From a virus (Duplodnaviria > Heunggongvirae > Uroviricota > Caudoviricetes), in IMG/VR virus record IMGVR_UViG_2630968336_000003: 21,120 bases of DNA, one strand, 5' to 3'. Numbering within the stretch: position 1 is the first letter of the stretch; each line of letters opens with the position of its first letter. The position numbers and the translations under genes are program-made. Of this stretch, positions 18,381 to 21,120 are shown one piece after another. Under the pieces are notes generated by a model. The model had not been told where the DNA came from, did no database searches, and worked only from the letters and a program-made list of their open reading frames with translations.

Positions 18381-18437
18381 TTTCTGGTGACGTTTGGCGG
18401 TATCAGTTTTACTCCGTGACTGCTCTGCCGCCCTTTT
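18381..18437 (+). ncRNA. dicF: DicF small regulatory RNA
   Basis: Sequence TTTCTGGTGACGTTTGGCGGTATCAGTTTTACTCCGTGACTGCTCTGCCGCCCTTTTT matches DicF as I recall it, including the terminal GGCGG...CCGCC hairpin and U-run. Ends are approximate (about 5 nt either way). Confidence 0.85.
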
Positions 18438-18607
18438 TAAAGTGAATTTTGTGATGTGGTGAATGCGGCTGAGCGCACGCGGAACAGTTAAAACCAAAAA
18501 CAGTGTTATGGGTGGATTCTCTGTATCCGGCGTTAATTGTTAACTGGTTAACGTCACCTGGAGGCACCAGGCACTGCATCACAAAATTCATTGTTGAGGA
18601 CGCGATA

Positions 18608-18796
18608 ATGAAAACGTTATTACCAAACGTTAATACGTCTGAAGGTTGTTTTGAAATTGGTGTCACTATCAGTAACCCAGTATTTACTGAAGATGCCATT
18701 AACAAGAGAAAACAAGAACGGGAGCTATTAAATAAAATATGCATTGTTTCAATGCTGGCTCGTTTACGTCTGATGCCAAAAGGATGTGCACAATGA
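18608..18796 (+). CDS. dicB: cell division inhibitor DicB
   Basis: 62 aa; MKTLLPNVNTSEGCFEIGVTISNPVFTEDAINKRKQERELLNKICIVSMLARLRLMPKGCAQ. Confidence 0.95.
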   Translation: MKTLLPNVNTSEGCFEIGVTISNPVFTEDAINKRKQERELLNKICIVSMLARLRLMPKGCAQ

Positions 18797-18951
18797 ATTC
18801 AGCATTTGTGCTTGTTCTGACAGTTTTTCTTGTTTCCGGAGAGCCAGTTGATATTGCAGTCAGTGTTCACAGGACAATGCAGGAGTGTATGACTGCAGCA
18901 ACCGAACAGAAAATTCCCGGTAACTGTTACCCGGTTAGACTGGCCCCCTGA
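18793..18951 (+). pseudogene. ydfD: ydfD-type small membrane protein gene, 3' end interrupted by IS2
   Basis: ATG at 18793 overlaps the dicB stop (ATGA). The frame enters the IS2 left end at 18936 and terminates after five IS2-encoded codons. Removing IS2 and one copy of the target duplication restores a 63-codon ORF ending at 20318..20320. Confidence 0.7.
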
Positions 18952-19026
18952 ATCTCCAGACAACCAATATCACTTAAATAAGTGATAGTCTTAATACTAG
19001 TTTTTAGACTAGTCATTGGAGAACAG

Positions 19027-19392
19027 ATGATTGATGTCTTAGGGCCGGAGAAACGCAGACGGCGTACCACACAGGAAAAGATCGCAATTGTTCAGCAGAG
19101 CTTTGAACCGGGGATGACGGTCTCCCTCGTTGCCCGGCAACATGGTGTAGCAGCCAGCCAGTTATTTCTCTGGCGTAAGCAATACCAGGAAGGAAGTCTT
19201 ACTGCTGTCGCCGCCGGAGAACAGGTTGTTCCTGCCTCTGAACTTGCTGCCGCCATGAAGCAGATTAAAGAACTCCAGCGCCTGCTCGGCAAGAAAACGA
19301 TGGAAAATGAACTCCTCAAAGAAGCCGTTGAATATGGACGGGCAAAAAAGTGGATAGCGCACGCGCCCTTATTGCCCGGGGATGGGGAGTAA
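19027..19392 (+). CDS. insC: IS2 transposase OrfA (InsC)
   Basis: [41 protein letters not shown]... with HTH; an A6G slippery heptamer at 19344..19350 lies in the overlap with insD. Confidence 0.95.
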
Positions 19393-20255
19393 GCTTAGTC
19401 AGCCGTTGTCTCCGGGTGTCGCGTGCGCAGTTGCACGTCATTCTCAGACGAACCGATGACTGGATGGATGGCCGCCGCAGTCGTCACACTGATGATACGG
19501 ATGTGCTTCTCCGTATACACCATGTTATCGGAGAGCTGCCAACGTATGGTTATCGTCGGGTATGGGCGCTGCTTCGCAGACAGGCAGAACTTGATGGTAT
19601 GCCTGCGATCAATGCCAAACGTGTTTACCGGATCATGCGCCAGAATGCGCTGTTGCTTGAGCGAAAACCTGCTGTACCGCCATCGAAACGGGCACATACA
19701 GGCAGAGTGGCCGTGAAAGAAAGCAATCAGCGATGGTGCTCTGACGGGTTCGAGTTCTGCTGTGATAACGGAGAGAGACTGCGTGTCACGTTCGCGCTGG
19801 ACTGCTGTGATCGTGAGGCACTGCACTGGGCGGTCACTACCGGCGGCTTCAACAGTGAAACAGTACAGGACGTCATGCTGGGAGCGGTGGAACGCCGCTT
19901 CGGCAACGATCTTCCGTCGTCTCCAGTGGAGTGGCTGACGGATAATGGTTCATGCTACCGGGCTAATGAAACACGCCAGTTCGCCCGGATGTTGGGACTT
20001 GAACCGAAGAACACGGCGGTGCGGAGTCCGGAGAGTAACGGAATAGCAGAGAGCTTCGTGAAAACGATAAAGCGTGACTACATCAGTATCATGCCCAAAC
20101 CAGACGGGTTAACGGCAGCAAAGAACCTTGCAGAGGCGTTCGAGCATTATAACGAATGGCATCCGCATAGTGCGCTGGGTTATCGCTCGCCACGGGAATA
20201 TCTGCGGCAGCGGGCTTGTAATGGGTTAAGTGATAACAGATGTCTGGAAATATAG
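19350..20255 (+). CDS. insD: IS2 transposase OrfB (InsD), DDE catalytic domain
   Basis: 301-aa ORF overlapping insC in the -1 frame; integrase/DDE core. Confidence 0.95.
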
Positions 20256-20412
20256 GGGCAAATCCACCGGTCGATAAAGTTATTCACCAGGATAATATCG
20301 AAATCCCGGCAGGTCTTTAAAACAGTTCCGTAATAAATATCCGGTTTCATTCTTATATGCCAGCAATGGCAGGGATTTGTTCATCCTTAAATCTGTCATG
20401 AGGTTAAAACAA

Positions 20413-21120
20413 ATGAGTAAAGTCTTTATTTGCGCCGCTATTCCTGACGAACTGGCAACAAGGGAAGAAGGCGCTGTGGCTGTAGCCACAGCCATTGAAG
20501 CTGGCGACGAACGCCGTGCTCGAGCAAAATTTCACTGGCAATTCCTGGAACATTATCCGGCTGCTCAGGACTGCGCTTATAAATTTATTGTCTGCGAGGA
20601 TAAACCTGGCATACCCCGCCCTGCCCTCGATTCATGGGATGCTGAATATATGCAGGAAAACCGCTGGGATGAGGAGTCTGCTTCTTTTGTCCCGGTTGAG
20701 ACTGAATCCGATCCGATGAACGTCACTTTTGACAAGCTGGCCCCTGAAGTACAGAACGCTGTCATGGTTAAGTTCGACACATGTGAAAACATCACCGTTG
20801 ATATGGTTATTAGCGCACAGGAATTGTTGCAGGAAGACATGGCAACATTCGACGGACATATCGTTGAAGCGTTGATGAAAATGCCAGAAGTTAACGCCAT
20901 GTATCCGGAGCTTAAGTTGCACGCCATTGGGTGGGTTAAGCATAAATGTATTCCTGGTGCTAAATGGCCCGAAATTCAGGCAGAGATGCGCATCTGGAAA
21001 AAACGTCGCGAAGGTGAACGCAAGGAAACCGGAAAATGGGGTCGAGTATTGCCGGGACGCTGGGTGGTGTTTTCTGGCATAACTATGGCTGGAACGGCGT
21101 CGGCGCATTTATTGCTCTGA
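20413..21120 (+). CDS. hypothetical prophage protein, partial (runs off the window end)
   Basis: ATG at 20413 with GAGG 9-10 nt upstream; open to the last base of the window (at least 236 codons). No domain recognised. By position it may correspond to Qin ydfE. Confidence 0.55.
   Translation: MSKVFICAAIPDELATREEGAVAVATAIEAGDERRARAKFHWQFLEHYPAAQDCAYKFIVCEDKPGIPRPALDSWDAEYMQENRWDEESASFVPVETESDPMNVTFDKLAPEVQNAVMVKFDTCENITVDMVISAQELLQEDMATFDGHIVEALMKMPEVNAMYPELKLHAIGWVKHKCIPGAKWPEIQAEMRIWKKRREGERKETGKWGRVLPGRWVVFSGITMAGTASAHLLL

Larger units (their letters stand above)
18936..20266 (+). mobile_element. IS2 insertion sequence (IS3 family), complete, 1331 bp
   Basis: Left end TAGACTGGCCCCCTGAATCTCCAGACAACC and right end ...GGAAATATAGGGGCAAATCCA match the IS2 termini; flanked by a 5-bp direct repeat CCGGT (18931..18935 and 20267..20271); carries insC and insD. 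Confidence 0.95.

Noticed and set aside
18044-18744. Two 111-aa minus-strand ORFs (18044..18379 and 18409..18744)
   Set aside because: They are antisense to the dicF/dicB transcription unit and have no start context; the first lies in the GC-rich structured segment, which I treat as RNA.
20577-21108. Minus-strand ORFs of 116 and 158 aa
   Set aside because: Antisense to the longer + strand ORF that has a clear Shine-Dalgarno at 20413.

Overview
This window reads as a defective lambdoid prophage with the gene content and order of the E. coli K-12 Qin element, integrated into the MFS transporter gene ydfJ. Identification is from motif and layout recognition by eye; no database search or alignment was run. 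Left to right: 5'-truncated ydfJ (-); a ydfK cold-shock gene and an orphan pinQ invertase (+); tfaQ and a C-terminal stfQ tail-fibre fragment fused to the 3' end of the lambda-Nu1 homologue nohA (-); a lambda-like cos site; ynfO and ydfO (+); gnsB, ynfN and cspI (-); a lysis cassette rzpQ/rzoQ, rrrQ, ydfR, essQ (-); cspB (-) and cspF (+); the Q antiterminator quuQ with a candidate late promoter and terminator; ydfU; relB-relE-hokD; a sigma-28-driven flxA; an internal integrase remnant; the dicC/dicA immunity switch; ydfA-ydfB-ydfC, the DicF sRNA and dicB; and a complete 1331-bp IS2 with 5-bp target duplication that interrupts the ydfD frame, followed by a partial ORF running off the window. 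There are no head, tail-shaft, terminase large subunit or replication genes, no CRISPR array, and no tRNA or rRNA was seen. I did not find a clearly novel multi-gene system. The observations most worth a second look are the IS2 insertion in ydfD, the retained cos plus Nu1 module at a deletion junction, a candidate Q-dependent late promoter/terminator unit, a Fur-box-like palindrome beside cos, several unannotated small ORFs, and the GC-rich structured segment upstream of dicF.
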